Source: Minisyncoccia bacterium (GTDB lineage: Bacteria; Patescibacteriota; Minisyncoccia; Phycocordibacterales; CAIZLB01). From it: DNA of 64,000 nucleotides. Positions 20,735 to 30,078 of the stretch are shown here, piece after piece. Positions within the stretch are counted from its first letter, which is position 1. Each line of letters starts with the position of its first letter. The translations under genes were made by a program, and so were the position numbers. The DNA is taken from assembly GCA_041752275.1 (NCBI GenBank), contig JBGSHK010000008.1:2641-66640 (forward strand). Reading direction: 5' to 3'. Below the pieces are notes generated by a model. The model saw nothing but the letters and a program-made list of their open reading frames with translations. It ran no database searches and was not told the origin of the DNA.

Positions 20735-21043
20735 TTACTTAATAATGAATAAAAGTATAGTTCCAATAAAAGATGGTAACCATACACTTTTACCACGTAT
20801 GTCATAAAGTTTGTCTGTATCTTCTGTGTCACCTGACCAGAATTGTTTGTATAAATCATCTTTTCTGGAATTTATGTATGTAATTAATACAATCCAGATT
20901 AAAACACATAGAAAAACTTTAAGAGAAATCTGACCTTTTTTTTCACCAATCATAAATAAAATCAAAAAAATAATTGATCCAATAAACCAAATGTTCGCTA
21001 GTTTTACTGAAACCCAGACTATGAATTCGTCAATATTTTTCAT
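20735..21043 (-). CDS. small hypothetical membrane protein
   Basis: 102 aa with 3 predicted TM helices. Confidence 0.35.
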   Translation of the reverse strand: MKNIDEFIVWVSVKLANIWFIGSIIFLILFMIGEKKGQISLKVFLCVLIWIVLITYINSRKDDLYKQFWSGDTEDTDKLYDIRGKSVWLPSFIGTILLFIIK

Positions 21044-21197
21044 GATATTTTGTTGTTTTGTTTGCTTACTGTTTCAAAATATCATAAATCAGGCGTGGTG
21101 TAAATGTTAAATCTATTGTATATTTTTTATTAAAATTTTAGTATTTTTTGATAATTTCTTTATAAAAACTTTATAATTGATTTGTTAGTATGGTTGT

Positions 21198-21749
21198 ATG
21201 AAAAATAAATATATAGTTTACATTGACGAGTCAAATATATTATCGAAAACAGGTAATAGTGTTTATACTGCTGTCTATGTAAGATTTTTAAATAAAGAAT
21301 ATATAGCTCAAAAAATTATAAATATAGAAAGAAATCTAAAAATACCATATACACATTGGACTGATATGCCTTGGAAAATACGATTAAAATTTGCCCAACA
21401 GATAAAAAATATTAATTTTAATTGTAAAATAATTATATACAAAAATCCAATTGTACAAGAAAATATATTGGAAGATTTTTTACCTAAGGTAATAGAAAAG
21501 GGGGACAATTTATTTAAAATAGTTATAGATGGAAATAAAGGTAAAGATTATGAATTAAAGTTGAAAAGATTATTAAAAGAAAAATTACAAAAGTCTCATA
21601 AGGTTATTTTTATGAATGACAAAAACGAACCCTTGGTTAGGTTGGCTGATTATATTGCTGGGTTGTTAAGATCACTTACCGATAATAAAAATAAAGAGAA
21701 TGGTTATATTTATGGATTATTAAAACACAAAATAAAAATACTCAATTAA
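21198..21749 (+). CDS. DUF3800-like protein
   Basis: N-terminal YIDES motif and a late RLADYIAG block, as in DUF3800. Confidence 0.45.
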   Translation: MKNKYIVYIDESNILSKTGNSVYTAVYVRFLNKEYIAQKIINIERNLKIPYTHWTDMPWKIRLKFAQQIKNINFNCKIIIYKNPIVQENILEDFLPKVIEKGDNLFKIVIDGNKGKDYELKLKRLLKEKLQKSHKVIFMNDKNEPLVRLADYIAGLLRSLTDNKNKENGYIYGLLKHKIKILN

Positions 21750-21885
21750 GAGTATTTTTATTCCACGCGACAGGGCGCCAGCTAAGAGGTGAGAGTCTTT
21801 TGAACTCTAGTGGTCTAACGGACCTTTGTCCCTCCATCTGCTTGTTACATTTTATATAATATCAAATTTTGTTCTGGTGTCAAAT

Positions 21886-22803
21886 CTACCTCTGCAACCA
21901 AATATACAAACTCTCCAACGCTTTCACTGCATCTCCTGTAGCTATATTGTTCTGATGATATAACCCATCTGTACAGTCTCCAGCGGCCCACACACCTTCC
22001 ACAGACGCTTTTTGTGTCTTCGGGTCGACAATTATGTTACCTGCAGGATTTTTCTCTACAAAGCCAATATAGGCCGTGTTTGGCATTTGCCCAATCTCAA
22101 CAAAAATACCCTCAACATCAAGTTTTTCTGTATTGTTATATGTTAATCCATTTACAAATTGATCTCCGTGTATTTCATTTACAATAGCGTTATTTATGAT
22201 TTGTATTTTCTCATTTTTCAAAACTTTATCTACAGTTATCTCATCTGCTCGATACTTGTCAGTTCTGTTCAAAATCTTTACCGATTTACAATATGCAGTC
22301 AACTGTAAGGCTGACTCAAAGGCCGCGTTTCCACCACCTATAACAACAACGTCTTTTCCTGTAAATACTGGACCATCACAAGATGCACAATATGTCACAC
22401 CTTTATGTTCAAACTTATCAGCGTTTATGGCATCAAGTTTTCTACGTACACTTCCTGTTGTTACAAGAACAGCTTTTGCAGTCAGAACTATGTCTTTACT
22501 TGTTTTTATAGAAAATGTTTTATCTTCATTTTGTGTGACTTCAGATACATATCCTTTTACTATATTTAAAATATCTCCTTGGTACTCTTTAACATGAGAC
22601 TCTAGGGACTTGGCTAAATCAAACCCTGATATATGAGGTGTACCTATCCAGTTTTGTATATCATCAGACACTACACTTTGTCCACCGAACTCCGGTGTTA
22701 GTATGGCCGATTTTATTTTTTTTCTAGCAGCATAAACTGCAGCTGCAGAGCCGGCAGGGCCACCACCTATGATTACTAAATCGTATGTATATTCTTGTGT
22801 CAT
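21886..22803 (-). CDS. trxB: thioredoxin-disulfide reductase
   Basis: GGGPAGSAAAVYAAR FAD motif, CASC redox motif, GGGNAAFE NADPH motif. Confidence 0.9.
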   Translation of the reverse strand: MTQEYTYDLVIIGGGPAGSAAAVYAARKKIKSAILTPEFGGQSVVSDDIQNWIGTPHISGFDLAKSLESHVKEYQGDILNIVKGYVSEVTQNEDKTFSIKTSKDIVLTAKAVLVTTGSVRRKLDAINADKFEHKGVTYCASCDGPVFTGKDVVVIGGGNAAFESALQLTAYCKSVKILNRTDKYRADEITVDKVLKNEKIQIINNAIVNEIHGDQFVNGLTYNNTEKLDVEGIFVEIGQMPNTAYIGFVEKNPAGNIIVDPKTQKASVEGVWAAGDCTDGLYHQNNIATGDAVKALESLYIWLQR

Positions 22804-22880
22804 ATGCTAAAAATTATATCATAAAACAAAAAAACACATCATTCATAAATGTGTTTTTCTATTGTAAAGTATTCTTTACA

Positions 22881-24086
22881 TTATCTATTTTTAGATCGTC
22901 GGAGGAATGCAGGAACCGCTGACCAGTCATCTTCATCTTCACCGGGTGCAGTCGGCTTCATAATGTTTGTATTTTCATCGTTTGTATCAGACTCTTCTTT
23001 TTTATTTATAGTTATTGAGTTAAATATTTTACCAGAATATTTTGTATTATTCATATCATCTTGAGATGACACAGATTCATTCATCATATTTTCTCTATCA
23101 CGAAATATGTTTCTTACTGCAGTAAGTTTATCTGGAAAGTTGGCTGCGACCACAGTTATGCGTACTTCGTTCTTCTTAAGTTTTTCATCTTTAACTGTAC
23201 CAAATATTATCTTGGCATCTGGATCAACTGACTCAGTTATAACACGAGCTGCCTCTGATATCTCAAACATGGTAAGATCGTCTGATCCAGCGATAGAAAA
23301 CAGTACACCTTTGGCACCATGTATAGAAACATCTATAAGTGGAGAAGATATGGCAGCTTTTGCCGCGTCCACTGCTCTGTTTTCACCTGTACCAGTACCT
23401 ATACCCATAAGTGCTGATCCTGCATTTTCAAGAACTGCTCTGATATCGGCAAAATCTATGTTACCAACATTTCCAGGAGTTGTTATTAACTCTGATATGC
23501 CCTCAACAGCCTGTTTTAAAACCTCATCTGACATAGCAAAGGCATCTTTTGCAGTTGTGTCTTTTGATATTGCACCCATAAGCTTATCATTAGGAACAAC
23601 TATAAGCGCATCAACTGATTTTGATAATTCACCTAAAGCCTCCTCTGCCAATCTCATACGTCTTTGACCTTCAAACATAAAAGGTTTTGTAACAACACCT
23701 ATAGTAAGAGCACCCATTTCTTTTGCAATCTTGGCAACTATAGGGGAAGCACCTGATCCGGTTCCTCCTCCAAGTCCTCCTGCAACAAAAACCATATCTG
23801 CATTTTTCAAAGCCTCTTGTATCTCAGCTCTAGTTTCTTCTGCAGCATTTCTACCTATCTCAGGATTCATACCAGCACCTAAACCTTTAGTTAGATTTCT
23901 ACCAATATGTATTTTTTTAGTAGCTAGAGAATTGTTTAAGTCTTGAGCATCAGTGTTTATGGCCAAAAAATCCACACCCTTAACTTTTGAGTTAATCATG
24001 TGATTTGTAGCGTTTTTTCCTGAACCACCTACACCAACTACTTCTATTCTTGCAAATGTTTGTATGTCTGTTTTTATTTGTGCCAT
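22881..24086 (-). CDS. ftsZ: cell division GTPase FtsZ
   Basis: GVGGSGKNA... GGGTGSG tubulin signature; 401 aa with a C-terminal tail. Confidence 0.92.
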   Translation of the reverse strand: MAQIKTDIQTFARIEVVGVGGSGKNATNHMINSKVKGVDFLAINTDAQDLNNSLATKKIHIGRNLTKGLGAGMNPEIGRNAAEETRAEIQEALKNADMVFVAGGLGGGTGSGASPIVAKIAKEMGALTIGVVTKPFMFEGQRRMRLAEEALGELSKSVDALIVVPNDKLMGAISKDTTAKDAFAMSDEVLKQAVEGISELITTPGNVGNIDFADIRAVLENAGSALMGIGTGTGENRAVDAAKAAISSPLIDVSIHGAKGVLFSIAGSDDLTMFEISEAARVITESVDPDAKIIFGTVKDEKLKKNEVRITVVAANFPDKLTAVRNIFRDRENMMNESVSSQDDMNNTKYSGKIFNSITINKKEESDTNDENTNIMKPTAPGEDEDDWSAVPAFLRRSKNR

Positions 24087-24627
24087 GATTTATGATTATA
24101 TCATGCAAGTTAGACCATGCCAATTTGAGATGGGAACTATTATGTGTTCTGATTTGTGCTATTATTTATCTATGAACATTGAAAATACAGTTGAAAGTGT
24201 TGGAAAATTGACAAATTTTGAGATCGCATACGGACTCGCACTCGCATTGAACAGTAGGTATAGTTCTGGCGGATATTCAGTCGGAAGAAGTGAGAGATCT
24301 TATCTTTTGGATTTTTTTCTAAGACTCAATCATGAAAAAATGTTTTCAGTTTCAAGTCTTGATCCTTTTGTTAATCAGAAAATCTTTTTGGCAGAAGGTG
24401 AGCGTAGACTAGGTGGACGGATATCGGATAATGAAAATAAAAATTCTGAATTTTTGGACAATAAAGAACACTTCTCTGTAATAGTTTTGTATTTATGGAT
24501 TATTCACTACAGAATAAAAATGGTTGAGTTGAAGGTTTTTGATAGTCACAAGGATAAAGTAGGAGATCGTGTGAGCTTGAATGATATAGATTTTAGCTTT
24601 TCAAGAGAGATTGAATCTGCGGAATGA
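24064..24627 (+). CDS. questionable ORF antisense within the ftsA-ftsZ spacer
   Basis: 187-aa ORF with no family resemblance; overlaps the ftsZ start. Listed only because the 760-bp spacer is otherwise unexplained. Confidence 0.2.
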   Translation: MSVFICAMIYDYIMQVRPCQFEMGTIMCSDLCYYLSMNIENTVESVGKLTNFEIAYGLALALNSRYSSGGYSVGRSERSYLLDFFLRLNHEKMFSVSSLDPFVNQKIFLAEGERRLGGRISDNENKNSEFLDNKEHFSVIVLYLWIIHYRIKMVELKVFDSHKDKVGDRVSLNDIDFSFSREIESAE

Positions 24628-24803
24628 ATATACAAGCTATGTCTAGTTGAAGTAGCTGTTCCGGAAGGGTTAATTTGTAATGAGGCTCTAAAATACTTGC
24701 ATTCCAAGTTAGATGAAGATAACAATATCCCTAGACAGTCTTATAAAATAGAACTTTCTTGGCATGTTGATGATTTGTGCGAAGTTTGAAATTTGAGTAA
24801 CAC

Positions 24804-24834
24804 AAAAGCCTTTCTGGTGTCAGAAAGGCTTTTT
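24804..24834. terminator. bidirectional rho-independent terminator downstream of ftsA
   Basis: aaaagcctttctggtgtcagaaaggctttt is a perfect palindromic hairpin with A/T runs on both sides. Confidence 0.7.
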
Positions 24835-24850
24835 CATTTGACTAATTAAA

Positions 24851-26140
24851 TTATGGTAAAAACTGTTTTACCCACTCCCATATGTTTTTTATTCTCATTG
24901 AAAAACCGGAACGTCCTTTGTTTACATAATATTCACTTTCATCTTGATTTAAATAATACAAACCAGTAGCATATATACTCATAGTATCTCCATTGTCTAT
25001 ACAAATATTTTGATTTTGCTTAAATTTTAATAAATCTTTGTCGCAAATACTTTCTTTTTTTATTTGAGTGGGTAAGCGAAGCATTTCTCGGGATATAAGA
25101 TCTATATCTTTTATCATAGCACCTCCACCATGAATAATTATACCTGCAGGTAAAAGCCTATCTTTACCTATCTTTTTTAAATGCTTTTGTATCATTTCAA
25201 AAATATCTATTATACGTGCATAAATTATTTCATGATATTTTTCTTGAAGAGAAAGAAAAAAAGCTTTATCTTTTTGATCTTTTCTTACATTAATTTTATT
25301 CTTATTCATGAAAACATCTGTGAGATCTGATGCTATTCTTCTAAGCTCCATATCGGGATTTATTTTTATATTTTTTGCTTGATCTAAAGATACTTTTAAG
25401 CCTAAAGCTATATCTCTAGTTATATCTTCTGATCCTATAGGTATAACTTCCATTAATATTGGTATATTTTCATCATAAGTTATAACTGTTGTTGTATCAC
25501 CACCTATGTTTACAACACACACACCTGCCAACCTGTCTGATTCATTTATTATATTTTTAGAATAAGCATATTCGGATACTATGACATCTTCAACAATAAG
25601 ATTATTATCCTCACAAGCTAGCAATATGTTTTCAAGATGTTGCTTTGTTGCAAAAATACACAATGCCTGAAGTTCAAAAATATTTCCAGACAAACCTGAT
25701 GGTTTATTTGTGTTTATATTTTTACCATTTATTTTGTATTTTTGAGGTATTAATTGTATAAGTTTTTTATTTTGAGATATATTTTCCGGAATTTTACTTT
25801 CAACTCTGCTGAAGGCTTCATCTATAATATTTTGATCAACTATGTTTTTTTTATTGTTTATCTTTATTTCAGCAGAAGAAGATATGGAAGATATAGATCC
25901 TCCTGATAATGCTATAACTATTTTTTTTATATTGTTTAAATAGTTTTTATTTGTTTGAGATATAAGTTCTCTTATACTTTTTGTTAAAGAATCAACATCT
26001 TTAACTATACCTCTTTTTATATAGTTTATAGGTAAATTTGAAGTTGCTATAACTTTATATGATTCTTTGTCTATAATTATTAGTCTTAACATTGTTGTTG
26101 AGACTTCTATTATTATTACATCTGAATCATTTTTCTTCAT
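24851..26140 (-). CDS. ftsA: cell division protein FtsA
   Basis: Actin-like ATPase, 429 aa, immediately upstream of ftsZ in the conserved ftsA-ftsZ order. Confidence 0.8.
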   Translation of the reverse strand: MKKNDSDVIIIEVSTTMLRLIIIDKESYKVIATSNLPINYIKRGIVKDVDSLTKSIRELISQTNKNYLNNIKKIVIALSGGSISSISSSAEIKINNKKNIVDQNIIDEAFSRVESKIPENISQNKKLIQLIPQKYKINGKNINTNKPSGLSGNIFELQALCIFATKQHLENILLACEDNNLIVEDVIVSEYAYSKNIINESDRLAGVCVVNIGGDTTTVITYDENIPILMEVIPIGSEDITRDIALGLKVSLDQAKNIKINPDMELRRIASDLTDVFMNKNKINVRKDQKDKAFFLSLQEKYHEIIYARIIDIFEMIQKHLKKIGKDRLLPAGIIIHGGGAMIKDIDLISREMLRLPTQIKKESICDKDLLKFKQNQNICIDNGDTMSIYATGLYYLNQDESEYYVNKGRSGFSMRIKNIWEWVKQFLP

Positions 26141-26153
26141 TCTATATAGTATA

Positions 26154-26567
26154 CTAGTAAGGATAGAAAATGTTAAGTTTTTTTGTGTATTTCTTTTCTA
26201 GTTTATCCATTGTCTCACCATGATCATGTCCCAAAAGATGTATCATGCCATGTATAAACAAATAGTTTAAATAATTTTCAGTCGTCGTATCGAAAGCTTT
26301 TGCTTTTTGTATAACTTTGTTTTCACATATATATATTTCACCAAAGTCATCATAAGGGAATGAGAGTATGTCAGTTACATAATCTTTTTTTCTATACTTA
26401 CTGTTGACTGATTTCATTTTTTTATCGCCTATAAAATACAAATTTAAATCATAATTTTTACCCAGAATTTCATTTTTCAAAGTATGCAAAAAAACACCAT
26501 CTATCTTAGGTGCTTTTGTTGTTGTGTAAGATACTGCAAGATTTTCTTTATCTAGTATATATCTCAT
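26154..26567 (-). CDS. ybeY: rRNA maturation endoribonuclease YbeY
   Basis: HGMIHLLGHDH zinc-binding motif. Confidence 0.85.
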   Translation of the reverse strand: MRYILDKENLAVSYTTTKAPKIDGVFLHTLKNEILGKNYDLNLYFIGDKKMKSVNSKYRKKDYVTDILSFPYDDFGEIYICENKVIQKAKAFDTTTENYLNYLFIHGMIHLLGHDHGETMDKLEKKYTKKLNIFYPY

Positions 26568-26591
26568 GATATTATTTTTTTATAATATAAA

Positions 26592-26843
26592 TTATTTCTT
26601 TTTACCTGTTGTAGTAGCATTAAAATATTTTCCCATCTTGATATCAGCTAAACGAGTTTCGTTATTTTTGATTTTCTTTAAAGCTTCTTTTTTCATCTTA
26701 TAATATGAAAGACTTCTCTCTGCATATCTTTTACTACGAGATTTGTTTAATCCGCCCCATTCTTGCATTTTCTTTGTAAAACGTCTTAATACTGAAGAAG
26801 GTGATTCACTTTGGTTTTTGTTTATTGATACATTTAATGACAT
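26592..26843 (-). CDS. rpsU: 30S ribosomal protein S21 (bS21)
   Basis: VLRRFTKKMQEWGGLNKSRSKRYAERS resembles S21. Start assigned to the internal Met (MSLNVS...). Confidence 0.6.
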   Translation of the reverse strand: MSLNVSINKNQSESPSSVLRRFTKKMQEWGGLNKSRSKRYAERSLSYYKMKKEALKKIKNNETRLADIKMGKYFNATTTGKKK

Positions 26844-26883
26844 ATTGGCATATAGTATCATATTTATGATATATTTACAATAT

Positions 26884-29310
26884 ATGGCTCAAGTCAAAAA
26901 AAATACCTCTCAAGATAATCAATTCTACGATCACAAAAAGATTGATAGTAAATGGCAAAAGAAATGGGAAAAGGACCAGGTTTATAAAGCTACAACAGGT
27001 TCAAAAAAACAGAAAATGTATGTTTTATCTATGTTTCCATATCCGTCTGGGGCAGGTTTGCATGTTGGCCATCCTCGTGGCTATATAGCGGCTGATGTAT
27101 ATGCTCGTTTGAAACGTATGCAAGGTTTCAATGTTTTACACCCTATGGGTTATGATGCTTTTGGTTTGCCGGCAGAGCAATATGCTATACAAAACCAGGT
27201 TCACCCTCGTGAAGCTGTGTTAAAAAATGTAAAAACATATGAAAAACAGCTTGAAATCATAGGTCTTTCATATGACTGGTCAAGAAAAATAAACACAACG
27301 GATGAAGATTATTATAAATGGACTCAGTGGATTTTTTTAAAACTTTACAATCATTATTATGACCACAAAGCTAAAAAAGCAAAACCGATATCTGAGTTGG
27401 AGAGAAAATTTGCACATTTATCACAGGCTGATAAAGATAGAGAGTTAATGAAATACCGACTTGCTTACGAAGGTTTTTCTGAGGTTAACTGGTGTGAAGA
27501 GTTGGGAACTGTATTGGCCAACGACGAGGTTATAGATGGAAAAAGTGAAAGAGGTGGTTATCCAGTTGTCAAAAAAATGATGCGCCAATGGTTTTTACGT
27601 ATAACTGATTATGCTGATAGGCTTATATCAGGACTAGACACGGTGGACTTTGATGAGTCATTGAAAACTGTTCAAAAAAATTGGATAGGAAAAAGTTTTG
27701 GGCATGAGTTGGAATTTAAACTTGAAGGGGAAAGTGGGGAAGTTAAAGGTGTTAAAATTTTTACTACAAGAATAGACACCCTATCTGGTGTTACATTTTT
27801 AGCTATATCAAAGGATCATGATTTGATATCAAAAAATCCTGGAAAATTTTCTAATATAATAAATCAAACAAAGTCTTGGGGAACAGATGAAAAAGATATA
27901 AAAATAAAAAGAGGTATTATTGTTGATAATGTTTATGCTATACATCCTGATAATAAAAGTAAATTACCTATATATGTAACAAACTATGTTTTATCTGATT
28001 ATGGTTTTGGTTCTGTTATGGGTGTACCTGATATGGATGAAAGAGATGCTGACTTTGCTTCAGTTTATAATATACGTGTAAAAGAAACCATTATAGAAAA
28101 ACCAGAATCTATAGAAAAAAGATTAGGTTTAAAAAAAGTTTTCAAATATAAGATACGTGACGCTGTTTTTGCCCGTCAAAGATATTGGGGTGAACCTATT
28201 CCTTTAAAACATGAGTCCGACGGACACATAACTCCATTGACAGAAAAAGAGTTACCACTTAAACTTCCAAAAGTTTCCTCTTATGAACCTATTGGAAGTG
28301 GTGACTCACCGTTGGCTGGAATAAAATCCTGGGTTAAGTCAGGGTATGAGACAAACACCATGCCAGGTTGGGCTGGGTCATCATGGTATTTTTTGAGATA
28401 TATGGATGCCCACAATAAAACAGCTCCTGTTGGAAAAAAAGCTATAGACTATTGGAAACAAGTTGATATGTATATAGGAGGAAGGGAGCATACAACCGGA
28501 CACTTACTGTATTCTCGTTTTTGGCATAAGTTCTTGTTCGATATAGGTTTGACTGTAACCGAAGAACCTTTTAAAGCTTTGAGAAATCAAGGAATGATTT
28601 TAGGAAGTGATAATCAAAAGATGAGTAAGAGATGGGGAAACGTAGTAAATCCAGATGATTGTATAAACACTTACGGTGCCGATGCTTTTCGTATGTATGA
28701 GATGTTTCTGGGACCCTTCGATTCATCTTTACCTTGGTCTACTGATGGTATCATCGGTACTCGTCGTTTTATAGATAGAGTTTGGCGTTTGTCTTATGTT
28801 ATAGAATCACAAAATCTGCAAAATAAAAAGATTAAAACGAACCCTCAACTTATTTCAAAAATAAATAAAACAATAAAAAAAGTTACCGACGATATAGAAG
28901 GTTTTGCTTTTAACACCGCAGTGTCTTCACTTATGATTTTATTAAATGATTTTGAAGAAATACAGCAAAAAGGTGAGCAAATAAATCAAAATGATTTTCT
29001 TGATTTTATAAAACTACTTGCTCCATTTGCACCACATATAACGGATGAGATTTGGATAAATTTAAAAAATAAGAATTCTATAAATGTCGCAACTTGGCCA
29101 GTATGTGATAGTAAAAAAGTATTAGAAGATGTTGTAAAAATAGGTATACAAATAAACGGTAAACTTCGTGGCGATATACAAGTGTCACCTGATAGTTTAG
29201 AAAAAGAGGTAGTCGAGGAAGCAAAAAAAATAGTTAAAAACCACTTAGAAGGAAAAGTTATTAAAAAAACAATATATATTAAAGGTAAAATTATTAGTTT
29301 TGTTTTGTAA
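26884..29310 (+). CDS. leuS: leucine--tRNA ligase
   Basis: HVGHPRGY (HIGH) and KMSKRWGN (KMSKS) class I motifs. The ATG at ~26884 (MAQVKK) is preferred over ORF-track start 26743, which overlaps rpsU. Confidence 0.9.
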   Translation: MAQVKKNTSQDNQFYDHKKIDSKWQKKWEKDQVYKATTGSKKQKMYVLSMFPYPSGAGLHVGHPRGYIAADVYARLKRMQGFNVLHPMGYDAFGLPAEQYAIQNQVHPREAVLKNVKTYEKQLEIIGLSYDWSRKINTTDEDYYKWTQWIFLKLYNHYYDHKAKKAKPISELERKFAHLSQADKDRELMKYRLAYEGFSEVNWCEELGTVLANDEVIDGKSERGGYPVVKKMMRQWFLRITDYADRLISGLDTVDFDESLKTVQKNWIGKSFGHELEFKLEGESGEVKGVKIFTTRIDTLSGVTFLAISKDHDLISKNPGKFSNIINQTKSWGTDEKDIKIKRGIIVDNVYAIHPDNKSKLPIYVTNYVLSDYGFGSVMGVPDMDERDADFASVYNIRVKETIIEKPESIEKRLGLKKVFKYKIRDAVFARQRYWGEPIPLKHESDGHITPLTEKELPLKLPKVSSYEPIGSGDSPLAGIKSWVKSGYETNTMPGWAGSSWYFLRYMDAHNKTAPVGKKAIDYWKQVDMYIGGREHTTGHLLYSRFWHKFLFDIGLTVTEEPFKALRNQGMILGSDNQKMSKRWGNVVNPDDCINTYGADAFRMYEMFLGPFDSSLPWSTDGIIGTRRFIDRVWRLSYVIESQNLQNKKIKTNPQLISKINKTIKKVTDDIEGFAFNTAVSSLMILLNDFEEIQQKGEQINQNDFLDFIKLLAPFAPHITDEIWINLKNKNSINVATWPVCDSKKVLEDVVKIGIQINGKLRGDIQVSPDSLEKEVVEEAKKIVKNHLEGKVIKKTIYIKGKIISFVL

Positions 29311-29337
29311 AAACCAAAATAAAATAAATAAAAATAA

Positions 29338-29372
29338 AACCAGATTTGCTTAAAAACAAAGTCTGGTTTTTT
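29338..29372 (+). terminator. rho-independent terminator
   Basis: accagatttg...caaagtctggt hairpin followed by tttttt. Confidence 0.5.
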
Positions 29373-29397
29373 GATGTGTGTTTTGGTTTTTTAAATT

Positions 29398-29994
29398 TCA
29401 ATATACTCTGTACCAATCACAATCTTCATTTGTATCTCTCGGTTTTGCTATGTGGTCCGGTGTGTAAATTTCTGTATTTATAAAGTGTCCACACCGAGAA
29501 TTTGGGCAAGGTAGTTTATTTATAAAGCTAAAGTTAAGTAAAAAGTTTTCAGGGTGCTTTATTTCTATTTCTCTACTTTCGTTTTTCATTAAACCACAAT
29601 GATGACATATAAAAAACAATTTAACTTCTACTGGCGATATTATCATTTCAACTTTTTCCGAGTCGAGATTGGGTATTTCTTGTCTTATATACTTTTCTGC
29701 CTCATTTCTGTTTCTTAAAAGACGTCCATAAATAGGGTCTAAAAATTTAAAACTGATAGTATGATCTGATGAGACCGGCCTTATTTCTAAAAATCTTTGA
29801 TGATCTGTATTCCAAGGAAATAGAGGATGTGTCATAGGGCAACTTCTCAAAAGTATTGCTCTCGGCATAATTTTTAAAGAAAATTTTACACCGCATCTGT
29901 TTTGTACAATATGTTCAAATCTTGAGTATTCAGGTGTTAAGGGTTTAAGTTCGGATAATGCGACACTGGATGATTGATCTGTTATTATGTTCAT
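29398..29994 (-). CDS. hypothetical Cys/His-rich protein
   Basis: 199 aa containing CHHCG...CPNSRCGHF and HxxH clusters that suggest metal binding; no confident family. Confidence 0.4.
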   Translation of the reverse strand: MNIITDQSSSVALSELKPLTPEYSRFEHIVQNRCGVKFSLKIMPRAILLRSCPMTHPLFPWNTDHQRFLEIRPVSSDHTISFKFLDPIYGRLLRNRNEAEKYIRQEIPNLDSEKVEMIISPVEVKLFFICHHCGLMKNESREIEIKHPENFLLNFSFINKLPCPNSRCGHFINTEIYTPDHIAKPRDTNEDCDWYRVY

Positions 29995-30078
29995 ACGATA
30001 AATACAATACAATTATGATTGTATAAAGTCAATCATATATTTTTTTAAAAATTCATATTTTATGTTAAAATTTTGTTT

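Noticed and set aside
26743-26883. Long 5' extension of leuS overlapping rpsU
   Set aside because: The ORF-track start is an upstream alternative codon. The MAQVKK ATG at ~26884 gives a normal LeuS N-terminus and avoids overlap with the divergent S21 gene.
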